Shown here: positions 17,735-27,819 of the stretch, one piece after another
Layout: the number at the start of each line of letters is the position of its first letter
Position numbering within the stretch: position 1 is the stretch's first letter
DNA from: a virus
Taxonomy: Duplodnaviria > Caudoviricetes
IMG/VR virus record: IMGVR_UViG_3300031949_001698
Location: 1-37,433 of that record
Length of the DNA stretch: 37,433 nucleotides
Strand: one strand, 5' to 3'
Notes under the pieces: generated by a model
Database searches by the model: none
What the model was told of the DNA's origin: nothing
Seen by the model: only the letters and a program-made list of their open reading frames with translations
Made by a program: the position numbers and the translations under genes

Positions 17735-18424
17735 CTATTTAAACAAAGCAGCGAATCTAGGGTCAAGCATCATATTCATCATTGCATAATTATTTAAAGC
17801 CCCGCCAAACCTATCGCCTAAAGAACTTGCCATACCGCCTTTTACCGCCCCCTGAGAAGTTAACAAATTAGCGTAATTACTAATTTGCTGTCCAGCTTGT
17901 CCTCCATATCCTTGTGCTAACTCGCCAAATTGCCCAGCCATCGGTAAAGTGTTTGGACTTTGTCCTGCCAAGTATTGCAATATAACGTTAATTCTCTCTT
18001 GGTCAGCGGCCATGAGGTTAGCTTCACCAACACCAGATGACCTAGCAAAAACCGACGAGTCTGGGCTTACGCCATACCGGGAGAGGTTTTGCGATAAATT
18101 CCTCATCATGTTTTCTGACGCCAGTTGATAAGACTGACTTGTCCCTGGTGCAGCCGTCGCCTGCCGTTGTAACCCTTGTAAGCCAAACTGAGTCGCTCCA
18201 TATTGCTGTTGTCTGGTTGGCGCACCCTCCGACATCATTTGTCGCATGTATTTAAGCATTTGCTGTTGCTGGTGGCGCTGTTTCCGAGCCTCAGATAAAG
18301 AAGCTTGCTGAGCAGAAGAAAGAGCGCTAGATTGCGCCTGGCCGCCAGCAACATCGCCAAGCGCTCCAATTCCTGCGCTTAAGGCTTGGGATATTAAGAA
18401 CATTGTTATAGGTTCTATAGCCAT
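17735..18424 (-). CDS. DNA ejection / pilot protein (P22 gp7-like)
   Basis: Hydrophobic Ala/Gly N-terminus followed by a Gln/Ala/Gly/Ser-rich body. Confidence 0.7.
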   Translation of the reverse strand: MAIEPITMFLISQALSAGIGALGDVAGGQAQSSALSSAQQASLSEARKQRHQQQQMLKYMRQMMSEGAPTRQQQYGATQFGLQGLQRQATAAPGTSQSYQLASENMMRNLSQNLSRYGVSPDSSVFARSSGVGEANLMAADQERINVILQYLAGQSPNTLPMAGQFGELAQGYGGQAGQQISNYANLLTSQGAVKGGMASSLGDRFGGALNNYAMMNMMLDPRFAALFK

Positions 18425-18434
18425 TTTTATCGCC

Positions 18435-18812
18435 TCATTTCAAAAGTTTTTGCGACCTATGCTTTTCTAAGTGCTGATTGTGTTTAGCTAATAGGGCATT
18501 ATAGGACATAATTAATAAGTTTAAATCGGTCTTTATTTCATTAAGTAATGTTTGTTCTGCAGCGGTATATGTTCCACCAGCGTTAATGGACGCAATAAAA
18601 AGAGTTGTGGCCGTAGAATCCGTTATATTATCCCCCTGGATAATCTCTTTATGCCCGCCAGTTTCCCCATTATGAAAGCCAGGGGAATTATCACTATTTA
18701 TCATCCCCTCTGAAACGCCCCCCAATCCAGATATAACCTGCTTTAATTCTTTTAGTAAGTCATCTAATTGTTTGTTCCCGGTAATTGGTATCGGAGCTAA
18801 TATTTTTGGCAT
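18435..18812 (-). CDS. Putative small tail protein
   Basis: Coupled (TAATG) to the nozzle gene; C-terminal coiled coil. Confidence 0.5.
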   Translation of the reverse strand: MPKILAPIPITGNKQLDDLLKELKQVISGLGGVSEGMINSDNSPGFHNGETGGHKEIIQGDNITDSTATTLFIASINAGGTYTAAEQTLLNEIKTDLNLLIMSYNALLAKHNQHLEKHRSQKLLK

Positions 18813-20227
18813 TATGAATTCCCCTGAAACGCAACTGTCATATCAGACATAAGGTAATCTATGGCGTCTGTTTCGATAATCTTAAATTCAAACTCAGAAC
18901 CATATAATCCGGGGTAAATACATTTATAAGGGTCCTGATCAGAATTAATACCTAAGTCAATATAAAACTTGACCCATTCTCCGTAGTCTGTCCTAATATC
19001 AATCTCAAGTTGAGGGGTAGTTTCCGAAGCTGTGGCGACACCTCTTTTAACTCTAATATCTATTTTATCTATCGTCCCCCTTGTGTCGCCATTCATAAAA
19101 GGGATAAGCCTGAATTGTCTGACGCACCTAATCGGTAATCCGTTGTCCGTGGCCACGTCTTTTGATAACCTATAAATTTTACCATCTTCTATATAGCTTC
19201 CTACATAACACTCATCATTAATATATGCCATGCTATTAAATGGCATTCTTTGGAAGTCGTTATTATCCCATGTGTTTTCCTCAGACCACAGTTTATTTAA
19301 GTAATCATAAACAATACATTTGCCTTCGGTCTGGGCAAGCCAGCGTATTTTATACTCTTTGTAAAAGTCAAAACCGAGAAGCTCTTCTTTATAGTTTAAT
19401 TCACTTATCATCTGTTTATATTTTATAGATATTATTTGTGGCTGGCCGCCGGCAAGTTCGTAAATATCCCCAGTATGCCCAAGCCAAAGCAAAGAATTAA
19501 GTGATTTTACCAGTGAATATGGGGCTTTAATCCCAATATCAAAACATGCAGCATCATGCCTTTGGAACATAACGTCGCCACCAACCAATGAAAAAACCTC
19601 AGTATCTTTTTCCTTGAAGAAATAGACATAAGAGGCATTAACCTTCATCATCTTAACACCAGCGCTAGTGTTTTTACAAATAGAGAAAAACCCGCTATCC
19701 CCTTCTAACCATTCTTCTGGATTTCCATTAGAGCAATAAGAGACCTCTGAATATTCTCCATCTGCATCTTTATAGCCTGAAACAATAATCCTATCGCCTA
19801 TTTTGCCAATAAATTTAGCTTTTGGTGGGTTGCCGCCAAGTAATGAACTATCGCCATTTTGGATTTTAACCATATCCCCGCCATCTGCTATAATAACCAT
19901 CCCATTCATTATCTCAAATTGAGGATGATACTCTTCGTCCCCTTGTTTACCTATCATTTTAGTAGTTAATTTTACTAAAGTATCCAGCCTGTAAATCCAG
20001 CCGTTCTCCATGACAGCATAACCTGGGTCAACATCAATCACCAGAGAACATCTTGACAATTCCCCCGTAGCATAGGCTTCCTCATATCCCCAGCGCCTTG
20101 TCATATTCTTAAGCGGAGTAATATCGCAATTAATTATAGCTATATTGTCCGGCAATATAGCTTCAAAAGAATCCCCGCTTTTATCTACTGTAGGGTTTAA
20201 TAATAACTTAACAACGCCTTTGCTCAC
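18812..20227 (-). CDS. Tail nozzle / DNA stabilisation protein (P22 gp10-like)
   Basis: 471 aa, beta-rich; SNGNPEEW, GIKAPYSLV, LLWLG, VYDYLNKLW, DGKIYRL, TDNGLPIRCVR, TDYGEW. Confidence 0.8.
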   Translation of the reverse strand: MSKGVVKLLLNPTVDKSGDSFEAILPDNIAIINCDITPLKNMTRRWGYEEAYATGELSRCSLVIDVDPGYAVMENGWIYRLDTLVKLTTKMIGKQGDEEYHPQFEIMNGMVIIADGGDMVKIQNGDSSLLGGNPPKAKFIGKIGDRIIVSGYKDADGEYSEVSYCSNGNPEEWLEGDSGFFSICKNTSAGVKMMKVNASYVYFFKEKDTEVFSLVGGDVMFQRHDAACFDIGIKAPYSLVKSLNSLLWLGHTGDIYELAGGQPQIISIKYKQMISELNYKEELLGFDFYKEYKIRWLAQTEGKCIVYDYLNKLWSEENTWDNNDFQRMPFNSMAYINDECYVGSYIEDGKIYRLSKDVATDNGLPIRCVRQFRLIPFMNGDTRGTIDKIDIRVKRGVATASETTPQLEIDIRTDYGEWVKFYIDLGINSDQDPYKCIYPGLYGSEFEFKIIETDAIDYLMSDMTVAFQGNS

Positions 20228-20384
20228 GCTCTACCTCTCTTAGGCAAGGATAAATGTTACACTGATACCCACAATTTGCACTTCTACTAATTAAACATAT
20301 CTTGCAAGATAACGTCCGAGGACAATCAATGCACGCAGCGCAAGTGTTCTTTGTTTGTGCCGAGCCATTAACCTTAATTGACAC
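20208..20384 (-). CDS. 58-aa Cys-rich protein (below ORF-track cutoff)
   Basis: GTG start; MSIKVNGSAQTKNTCAACIDCPRTLSCKICLISRSANCGYQCNIYPCLREVEREQRRC*. It fills the gap and overlaps both neighbours. Confidence 0.55.
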   Translation of the reverse strand: MSIKVNGSAQTKNTCAACIDCPRTLSCKICLISRSANCGYQCNIYPCLREVEREQRRC

Positions 20385-20733
20385 CTGCGTTCTTTCTTAA
20401 AATGCTAATTACAAAAGCGGCCATAGCGACAACCAAAGCTCCAAAAGCCGCCCACATTGTTATAACCTGATGTTTATTAACAGCGTTCTCGGCAGCTTCG
20501 ACTTTTCCGGCTTTGAGCGCTTCTGGACTTGTCAAATATGTTTCTACTTTACATTTACCTTCCCCGCCCTGACATGGTGCTTTCCTTGTTTCTGTGCGCG
20601 CATAAAGGTCTTTTATATCTTGGCGGAAATTAATATTTTGAGATTCAAGGTTTTCAATACCTTTTAAAACTTTGCCTTCTAAGCAACTTATTTTCTCAAT
20701 TAATTCCTTGTAATCCCGTCGGTCTTCAACCAT
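20374..20733 (-). CDS. Coiled-coil protein with C-terminal TM helix (lysis-associated, putative)
   Basis: Heptad N-terminus; VITMWAAFGALVVAMAAFVISIL; adjacent to the holin-like gene. Confidence 0.6.
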   Translation of the reverse strand: MVEDRRDYKELIEKISCLEGKVLKGIENLESQNINFRQDIKDLYARTETRKAPCQGGEGKCKVETYLTSPEALKAGKVEAAENAVNKHQVITMWAAFGALVVAMAAFVISILRKNAGVN

Positions 20734-20742
20734 AATTACCCC

Positions 20743-21063
20743 TTACTTTTTCTGGACTTCTACTTCGCCCTCAATTAGAGTTTGTAGGAAGTCATAATCC
20801 TGTTCAGGTAATTCATATTGACGTAGCCTGTCTCTGATAAGAGTAATTGCCGTTGTAAACAACTCTTTCTTCTCATCATTAGTCAAAGAGCCGTCAGCTT
20901 TAGCTTTCTTATACTGCTCAGCCACTTTCATAACATCAGTAACTGCAGCTTTTACCACAGCCACTACTTTATCAGGTTTAACCTGGGTAAAGTATTTCTG
21001 GGTGATTATTTTCACCACCCAGCAAATCGCTGCTGTAACGATAGTTTGGAGAATGTAATTCAT
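20743..21063 (-). CDS. Putative holin (LL-H-like)
   Basis: One N-terminal TM, then AVVKAAV...AEQ...EKKE...LIEGEV. Confidence 0.65.
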   Translation of the reverse strand: MNYILQTIVTAAICWVVKIITQKYFTQVKPDKVVAVVKAAVTDVMKVAEQYKKAKADGSLTNDEKKELFTTAITLIRDRLRQYELPEQDYDFLQTLIEGEVEVQKK

Positions 21064-21073
21064 TAAAACCTCC

Positions 21074-23128
21074 TTATAAATCTACCTGCCTTTTAAGCCT
21101 GAATACCTCTATTGTAACAGTGCCCGTGCCGGCATGATTATCCTGAGCCGTAAAAGTAGCGGTATTGACTCCGCCATGATTCCAAAGGAATGCCATAGTT
21201 AAAAAGCCATCGCTAATAGCTGGGTCAGCGTCCTCATAATCATAAAGATAAGTGTCTTTCCCGTTATATCCTACCTTTAAATCCTTAGGGTTAAACCCTG
21301 CAGACCCAGAAACGGTTACAACCAAAGCAATTAAGCTTTCAGCTCCCCAAATATCTATTGTGCCCGAATCCCCGCTCGGGTCTGTTAAGGTTAGCACTAC
21401 TGAACCTAATGCCTCGGCTTCCCATTCCCAACCAGTTGGGGAATCATCCGTAATATTTGGAAGAATCTTATAGGCATCCCCGCTACCAATGTTATCAAGT
21501 TTTGCTGCCGCAGCGACTTTTAATGGCGGATTAGTAGTTGACAAAACCACAGTATCGTCATCAGTTATTGTTTTTATTGGGTATAGGAAGTTTTCAGTCC
21601 CATCAGATTTACCGTAAAATCTAACATAATCACATTTTTTAATAGCCTCTGTAAGTATTACAACTGAACGATTTTCATCTTCTGAAATAACTGCATCTCC
21701 AAAACTTACAGCGGTATCATTGATGACTAAATCATCACCAGCAGAAGTTGTAATTGAAGTAACCAAAACATAATCATAGTCGGTATTAGATACAGTACCG
21801 CCTGAGGCGCCGTTTTTCTTTAAATTAGAACCTTGATTCAAATCAACAATAGTGGCAGCGCCGGCAGAAGAAATATCGTTAATGTGGCCGCCTCTGACAT
21901 TATTATTAACTATCATATTATAATCAGAAGTCCCATCTTCAAGAATTGAGAAAGCCTCTGTGCCAGGCATAATATTGCCTTCAACCTTGCTATCTGTAGT
22001 ATCGGTTAAGTGAATACCGGCAACATCTGCACCCCATGTGTTTAGGCTATTGTTAACCACCAGTGCGTGTAAACAATCTTCTAAGAAAACAGGTTTACTC
22101 GTAACTGACTTGTTTATACTTAAAAAGTTGTTACCCTCAATTAAAAGTTTAGTATATTGAGCATAAATTCCGCCGGCTAAATCTTCAAAGAAATTGTTTG
22201 TGATAATTAATTGACCGAAATAACTTACTCCGCTGCCGGTAACATAAACAGCCGCATTCCCTTGATGATTATAGAACTTGCACTTATCAATTAAAATATC
22301 CATTGCGCCGCCGGATGTCTTCTCCAGCTTAAGCATATAAGTCCCGCTGCCGATATTGTTACCGTCAAATTGTAAATTGCTAAAGCCAAGTTTGCGTTTA
22401 GTGCCGGACTTAATCATCCAGTCGCTAGTCGTAGCGTCTGACTTAAGCTTAAAGCCGGCATTAAGGCCAAGCCCTAAGAACAAAATATTGTCAAGGCAAG
22501 TTACATTCTTGATAATGCAAAGCCCTGTGCCTGTAGGGATTAATACCACACCACCGTTAATTAATGAATTGATTGTGGCTTGAACAGCGGCAGTATCATT
22601 AGTAGAACCATCAATTACAGCCCCAAATGCCCGTATATCAGCAAATGGAAGTTTCATAAGAAGGTCGTTAAATGCCATAAGCCCATTGGCGTCCCAATTA
22701 AAAAGCTCAGAATAAGCAGAACCATTGGCATTTATTGCAAGTCCACGCATGATGTTAGATATTATCTTACTGAAGAGATGCCCTTTGGAAGATGCCACGG
22801 CGGAAGGATACGAATCCCCCCAGTCCCCCTCCCAAATCCCTGTAGAGTCTTTTGTTATTCTGACGTTATCCATATCAAAAGCAGGTGTTAAATCATTGCC
22901 AGAACTATCTTTGACAATAAAATGATAATCACCATCTGCATAGAAAGAAACACGGCCACAAGCGTTCCCTATAAAAGGTTGCGCTAATGGCGTTGTTTTG
23001 CCTTCATCTGAATAAATATCTTTGTCAACCACACCACCAGCAGCGTAATGGTAAAGTTTACAGTTTGAATAAGGGACGCCAGAACTATTAGCAAATACCC
23101 ATGTTGTGAAATGAGCGCCGCCGTTCAT
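21074..23128 (-). CDS. Tailspike with right-handed beta-helix
   Basis: Head-binding-like N-terminus (KLYHYAAGG...IYSD...QPF...GRVSFY), DIRAFGAVIDGSTNDTAAVQATIN pectate-lyase-3 cap, repeated IxxNxF rungs. Confidence 0.88.
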   Translation of the reverse strand: MNGGAHFTTWVFANSSGVPYSNCKLYHYAAGGVVDKDIYSDEGKTTPLAQPFIGNACGRVSFYADGDYHFIVKDSSGNDLTPAFDMDNVRITKDSTGIWEGDWGDSYPSAVASSKGHLFSKIISNIMRGLAINANGSAYSELFNWDANGLMAFNDLLMKLPFADIRAFGAVIDGSTNDTAAVQATINSLINGGVVLIPTGTGLCIIKNVTCLDNILFLGLGLNAGFKLKSDATTSDWMIKSGTKRKLGFSNLQFDGNNIGSGTYMLKLEKTSGGAMDILIDKCKFYNHQGNAAVYVTGSGVSYFGQLIITNNFFEDLAGGIYAQYTKLLIEGNNFLSINKSVTSKPVFLEDCLHALVVNNSLNTWGADVAGIHLTDTTDSKVEGNIMPGTEAFSILEDGTSDYNMIVNNNVRGGHINDISSAGAATIVDLNQGSNLKKNGASGGTVSNTDYDYVLVTSITTSAGDDLVINDTAVSFGDAVISEDENRSVVILTEAIKKCDYVRFYGKSDGTENFLYPIKTITDDDTVVLSTTNPPLKVAAAAKLDNIGSGDAYKILPNITDDSPTGWEWEAEALGSVVLTLTDPSGDSGTIDIWGAESLIALVVTVSGSAGFNPKDLKVGYNGKDTYLYDYEDADPAISDGFLTMAFLWNHGGVNTATFTAQDNHAGTGTVTIEVFRLKRQVDL

Positions 23129-23988
23129 TATTGATTACCTTGTTGTTGGTTTAAAAGCCCACCAAACCCAGACGCTTCTTCCATAATCATTGATTTTTTC
23201 AAATTATCCCAAATTTGAAACTCCATAGCCGACTTTTCGGTTTGCCCCACACTATCATAAAGCCGATACTTTATATAATTAACTAAAGCAGACTGCATTT
23301 TCTGAGGTAAATTACAAACAACCGTTAAATCCCCGGAAGCCGTCGCTGCTGTGGCATCCGCAGGCCATGCAGAACCAACTGTCAATGTCCTCTTAAAAAA
23401 AGATTGCCAATTAGTCCCAGTAATAGGTTTATGCGTAGCAGCAACAATACTGGTTATCGGCGAATAGCAAGCATAATAAAAGTTATCACTACCAATAAAC
23501 ACAGAACCCAAATCATCTTGTGTTGGGTAAGGGACTGTCCTAACGCAAGAATATAGTAACGTCCCAGGAGTTGCTGGAGGAACAGGGTCAACTAAAACTT
23601 CTCCAGAGCCATCCTCACATAGAAAATGGGTAGGGGTTGCCGCAGTTCTAACAAGAGCTTTTGTCCTTTGGAACTCAGTTCTTGCATTAATCCCCGGAGA
23701 ATTAATAAACCTATCCAAAGGTTTCCCGGCAGAATTAAATAACATAAGGTCTTTGCTATAGTCTGATAAGGCAGATGTCCCGGCAGACCCCCATTTTGCT
23801 TCTGTGAAAGAAATATCATAATCAGAAGCAGTTAAGGTTAGAACACCTCTTTGCCTTAACCAACCCCAAATCCCTGACCTCTCCAAATCATCTAACCCAT
23901 CATTAAGCCATTGTGTAGCAAAAGCATATTTGCTCGTGCCATTAGCAATAACATTTAAAGCTCTTTCTAAAAGTTCCCTTCTGGTCAT
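23128..23988 (-). CDS. Head-tail adaptor protein (paralog 2)
   Basis: MTRRELLERAL...WLNDGL...WGWL, PTHF...VDPVP, LPQKMQSALVNY. Confidence 0.7.
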   Translation of the reverse strand: MTRRELLERALNVIANGTSKYAFATQWLNDGLDDLERSGIWGWLRQRGVLTLTASDYDISFTEAKWGSAGTSALSDYSKDLMLFNSAGKPLDRFINSPGINARTEFQRTKALVRTAATPTHFLCEDGSGEVLVDPVPPATPGTLLYSCVRTVPYPTQDDLGSVFIGSDNFYYACYSPITSIVAATHKPITGTNWQSFFKRTLTVGSAWPADATAATASGDLTVVCNLPQKMQSALVNYIKYRLYDSVGQTEKSAMEFQIWDNLKKSMIMEEASGFGGLLNQQQGNQ

Positions 23989-23991
23989 ACT

Positions 23992-24852
23992 TTACCCTTC
24001 TTTCCTTTGGATAGTTTTTATTACTTTAGACTGACGAGCATTTAAAATAGCCTCATCAGCATCTTTTTTTAATATAAGAACCCAATTCAAATCAAGATTA
24101 TAAGCCTTTACCCTTTGTAAAGCTAAATGATATGCTAAACTTTTGATTAAAGCCAATGCCCAAACTTCTTTAAAGTCTTCCAAAAGCGCTTCATCCCCAG
24201 CAATATTCTTAAGCTTCCTTGTCCTCTTTAATATAAGCAAATAATCTTCAACACTGTTTGTGTCTGGTTGAGGATAAAGGAATACTCTTGGAGTTATTTT
24301 ATCGGAAAAATATAAATTTGTCGGTCTGCCCGTTATTTGTTTATCAGGTAATTCATTATAGGTAAATTCACTAATTAATTGCACAGGATAATCTTCATTC
24401 GCATATCTAATTCTAGCGTGTTGAATTTCAAGAGTATCACTATCAGGCAGAAAATCGCCAGTTGCAGTATATGCCGTATCTGTTGCCCAAGCAACACCAC
24501 CTTCCCCGCCTTCATACCAATACCGTGTCCAATTCGCTCCCGTTACTGGTTTAGTAACAGCAGATGAAGTATGCCCTAAATAACAGGTATAATTAAGACC
24601 ATCGCTACCTAAAACCTCGGAAGGCGCTGAAAATGATTTAACATATTCTTCTGTCGCCCAATGGAAAAGACCTTTCCCTTGCAAGCTCAACACAATCCTT
24701 TGAAGTAAATTCTTTGTTTTTTCATTATAATAAGTTACTTCCCCAAAATAACAATGCGCAGCCTGAATTATATCTGAAATAACCTGGCTAAACTCTGTTA
24801 ATACCGGAGTAGAGGGATCGCTTAGAACTATTTTCTTCATCATTACTGTCAT
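23992..24852 (-). CDS. Head-tail adaptor protein (paralog 1)
   Basis: LQGKGLFHW, YNELPDKQITGRPTNLYF...FLYPQPD, WALALIKSLAYHLA. Confidence 0.75.
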   Translation of the reverse strand: MTVMMKKIVLSDPSTPVLTEFSQVISDIIQAAHCYFGEVTYYNEKTKNLLQRIVLSLQGKGLFHWATEEYVKSFSAPSEVLGSDGLNYTCYLGHTSSAVTKPVTGANWTRYWYEGGEGGVAWATDTAYTATGDFLPDSDTLEIQHARIRYANEDYPVQLISEFTYNELPDKQITGRPTNLYFSDKITPRVFLYPQPDTNSVEDYLLILKRTRKLKNIAGDEALLEDFKEVWALALIKSLAYHLALQRVKAYNLDLNWVLILKKDADEAILNARQSKVIKTIQRKEG

Positions 24853-25586
24853 GTTACTATAACCTCTTTAGGCGTAACCTGCTCATACCCATCTTTATTT
24901 ACTATCATATAATAAGTAGCTGGGTCAAGGTAGCAATTCCACTCAAATTCACCAAGAACAGTAGAAAGAGATTGCCCTTTTACATATCCAGATGAAGTAT
25001 GGCCAGCATTATAATCAGAAGCAAGATAAAACAGAATCTCTGCATCGTCTAAAGGAGAACTATTTTCATCAATAATCTTTAAATTATCAGTGCCGCCGTA
25101 GTTATGGTTAACGATTACAGTCCCACTCCCACCAATGCCACCTATCCCAATATCATCTATCGCCGACAAAATATTAACCTGGCCGGCTTCCAGAGTATCC
25201 GTATAGCCCTTAAGCGTAGCTGTGTCCGCTGCGACAGTATCAACAATCCCGTCAACTGTAGTTACTTGTGCCGCTATGCTATCTAATGTTGCGGTTTGTG
25301 GGTCTTTAGTTTGGAAAGCAAAATAATCAGAATCTATCCCGCTACCAGAATATCTTACCATAGCAAAATCACAATTTTTATCGGCTTGCGACGGTGAATA
25401 CCAATAAGCGCCATTTGCCGTAGTTGGTTCATAAACTGAACCTGTAGCGGCATTCCAGTTGCCACCATCTTTAGAAATAAGCAAGGTTATAGTAACTCCA
25501 GTTTTCCCCGCTGGGCGATTAGAGCTATCTACCGCCTTGAAGGGTATATATTCTTGGGTTGCTGAATTCTTTAATAAAGTAAACAT
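24849..25586 (-). CDS. Putative virion structural protein
   Basis: Beta-rich N-terminal domain (ISKDGG), short coiled coil, Gly hinge GIGGIGGSG, prealbumin/Ig-like C-terminus. Confidence 0.6.
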   Translation of the reverse strand: MFTLLKNSATQEYIPFKAVDSSNRPAGKTGVTITLLISKDGGNWNAATGSVYEPTTANGAYWYSPSQADKNCDFAMVRYSGSGIDSDYFAFQTKDPQTATLDSIAAQVTTVDGIVDTVAADTATLKGYTDTLEAGQVNILSAIDDIGIGGIGGSGTVIVNHNYGGTDNLKIIDENSSPLDDAEILFYLASDYNAGHTSSGYVKGQSLSTVLGEFEWNCYLDPATYYMIVNKDGYEQVTPKEVIVT

Positions 25587-27532
25587 TATTGAATCCCAGC
25601 TCTCGTCCCTTCGCTAAATCCAGGGGAAAAATTTCTAAGGAATGCTGAAAATTCTTGTATGCAAGTAAACGAATAACTAAAATCTAAAATGTTGCCAGTA
25701 AAGTCCGCAACCGAGCCGGCAATATTCACAACCTGCCCAGAATCAAAATCTACAGAAGGATTAATAGTTACATCATAACCTACACCATTTGCTGTTATAT
25801 AGCCAGTAAAGCCAGATTGGAATACTCCTGCCAAAATAGCGTTCACACCTTCAATCGTAATATTTATTGATGCTGGATTTACCCAGATATTATCTCTCAA
25901 CTCAAAATAAATATTACTATTTATGGCCACGTCTGTTTCATCTGGCGCTGGGTCTTGGTTCTGAATTGTTGGCGCTATTATGTCGCCTGTTGGTAACTGA
26001 TAATCACTATTTTCGCACAAATAAAGGCCATAGGGAGAGGCCTCCTTAACTCCAATCATCCAAATGTTTTCACCATGCCCAAAACCTGTAGGTATTTGGC
26101 ATGGAATAATTCTGGCACGAACACCAGCATACCAGATTGGATGCGCTGAGTGAGCGGTGTAGGAAGGTGCTAAAAGCGGATAGCCAATACCGGTTACACC
26201 GCCATCCGTATCGCCCTCGTATAAAATAGCATTATTATTTCTATCAATCGTTAGCCCACCGCTATAGGTGTTTGTATAATGTACGCAAATTGTATCTTTT
26301 AAAATCCATGAACCGGAAACATTATTAAAAATAACACTTTGTGCCCAAGTCGCCGAAGTTATAAACTGGACATGTATTTTACCGTTACTGTCAACCTGTG
26401 AATTCATCCCGTGATAAGAAGTGCCAGAAAGGCATTGAGTACTAACCGTTACTTCAGAATTAAAAGAATTCGTAACAATCGTATAAACTAAATAGTTGAG
26501 CGCCCCGGTAGTTGCATTAACCCCATAAAATAAACAGATATGCCCATTATTATCAAAACAAATATCCATTATAGAGGCACTATTAGCTTGGGTAATTCCG
26601 GCAATTGAGCTAAAAGCGCCGCCCGATATTTTCTTAAATATTCTATTATAAGGCATCAATATGTAAATATCATCATTTAGTGCAAGGCACATACCGACAT
26701 GGCGGTCGTAATTGTTAGAAACATCAAAAGAATCTTCTACAACCGCTGACCAACTATCAGTATTAGAATTATAATCTGCATATTTAATTTTATTAGCTGA
26801 AGTATGTGGGATAATAATTACTCGGAAATTCCCATTTATAAGTGGGAAAACTCCGCATTTGCGGTAATTACTGCCAGTAGCGCCAAAAGGTGCGCCGGAA
26901 GTTTTTTCAGTTAAATCTAAAAAATACCTAATTTTAGCTGTATTCCCATCATATATCGCATACATTTTATGTACGCCATTAAATGCTCCATAATGAGGTT
27001 CTCCCCATAAACCAGTATCAAATGTATCCGGGCTTATTTGCGTAACCGTCGGGTCTATATTAATAGGATATACGGGCTGATACTCTGGAGTTAAGCCAGT
27101 AGCAAAAAGCTGTAAAACAAAAGTCCATGTGTCATTAATAGAATCATAAACCGGGTCAAGCCAGAAATTATTTAGGAATCGCTTACCCTCAACATCCTCC
27201 ACAAAAATAGGGTCGATTCTAAAAATCCGTGAGTTATCAGTGGCATTGCCATAAATATATTTTATACCTTCCTCATCTCTCTGTAAATCAGCTATAGCAT
27301 TGGTTTTTATAGTAAAAATAAGCTGGTTGTTGGGGACAGAGGTGTTAAGGATGATAGTTTCTTTAAGTCTATCATCCTGCATTTCCTGAATTAATGTGGC
27401 ATTCTGGAAGTGCTTTTCAATTTTGGTTTGGGAGACCAAGACTGTCTCTATGTAAGCACCTAAGCCCGGATTATCAACAGGGTCTAATTCTGACGCAAGA
27501 TAATAGCCATCACGGAAATCAAGCTGCAACAT
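25586..27532 (-). CDS. Multidomain virion appendage protein (beta-propeller-like + Ig-like)
   Basis: YPINIDPT boundary motif, repeated DxNGxxxxxY blades, DIIAPTIQNQDPAPDETDVAINSNIYF...YSFT Ig-like domain. Confidence 0.7.
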   Translation of the reverse strand: MLQLDFRDGYYLASELDPVDNPGLGAYIETVLVSQTKIEKHFQNATLIQEMQDDRLKETIILNTSVPNNQLIFTIKTNAIADLQRDEEGIKYIYGNATDNSRIFRIDPIFVEDVEGKRFLNNFWLDPVYDSINDTWTFVLQLFATGLTPEYQPVYPINIDPTVTQISPDTFDTGLWGEPHYGAFNGVHKMYAIYDGNTAKIRYFLDLTEKTSGAPFGATGSNYRKCGVFPLINGNFRVIIIPHTSANKIKYADYNSNTDSWSAVVEDSFDVSNNYDRHVGMCLALNDDIYILMPYNRIFKKISGGAFSSIAGITQANSASIMDICFDNNGHICLFYGVNATTGALNYLVYTIVTNSFNSEVTVSTQCLSGTSYHGMNSQVDSNGKIHVQFITSATWAQSVIFNNVSGSWILKDTICVHYTNTYSGGLTIDRNNNAILYEGDTDGGVTGIGYPLLAPSYTAHSAHPIWYAGVRARIIPCQIPTGFGHGENIWMIGVKEASPYGLYLCENSDYQLPTGDIIAPTIQNQDPAPDETDVAINSNIYFELRDNIWVNPASINITIEGVNAILAGVFQSGFTGYITANGVGYDVTINPSVDFDSGQVVNIAGSVADFTGNILDFSYSFTCIQEFSAFLRNFSPGFSEGTRAGIQ

Positions 27533-27719
27533 GGTTTTTTATTTTCCCTTGTTTTGAGGCTTCTTTAAGCGATAAGCCATCTGTACGCTCGATATAAGCC
27601 GTCATACCAGACGATAGCTCTGCTATATATTTAGCTCCAGAATTGCCAGGAGCCGTTTTTATTTTCTTATCTTTTTTAGGTTTCCCTATTTCTTCAATAA
27701 TTGGAATAATAGTTTCCAT
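27519..27719 (-). CDS. Small basic hypothetical protein
   Basis: Start moved to METIIP (AAGGT upstream); the track's longer 5' part crosses two hairpins. Confidence 0.55.
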   Translation of the reverse strand: METIIPIIEEIGKPKKDKKIKTAPGNSGAKYIAELSSGMTAYIERTDGLSLKEASKQGKIKNHVAA

Positions 27720-27737
27720 GATTACCTTTTTCGCAGA

Positions 27738-27812
27738 GCCGGGAGAAGCGGTTCCCGGCCCCACCATAAACCAATACAGGTTATTTATATCCCGGCACCC
27801 ATATTTTGCCGG
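27738..27812 (-). promoter_or_regulatory. Two intergenic hairpins
   Basis: GCCGGGA/TCCCGGC (27738-27759) and CCGGCA/TGCCGG (27792-27812); no clear U-tract. Confidence 0.45.
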
Positions 27813-27819
27813 AAGTTGA

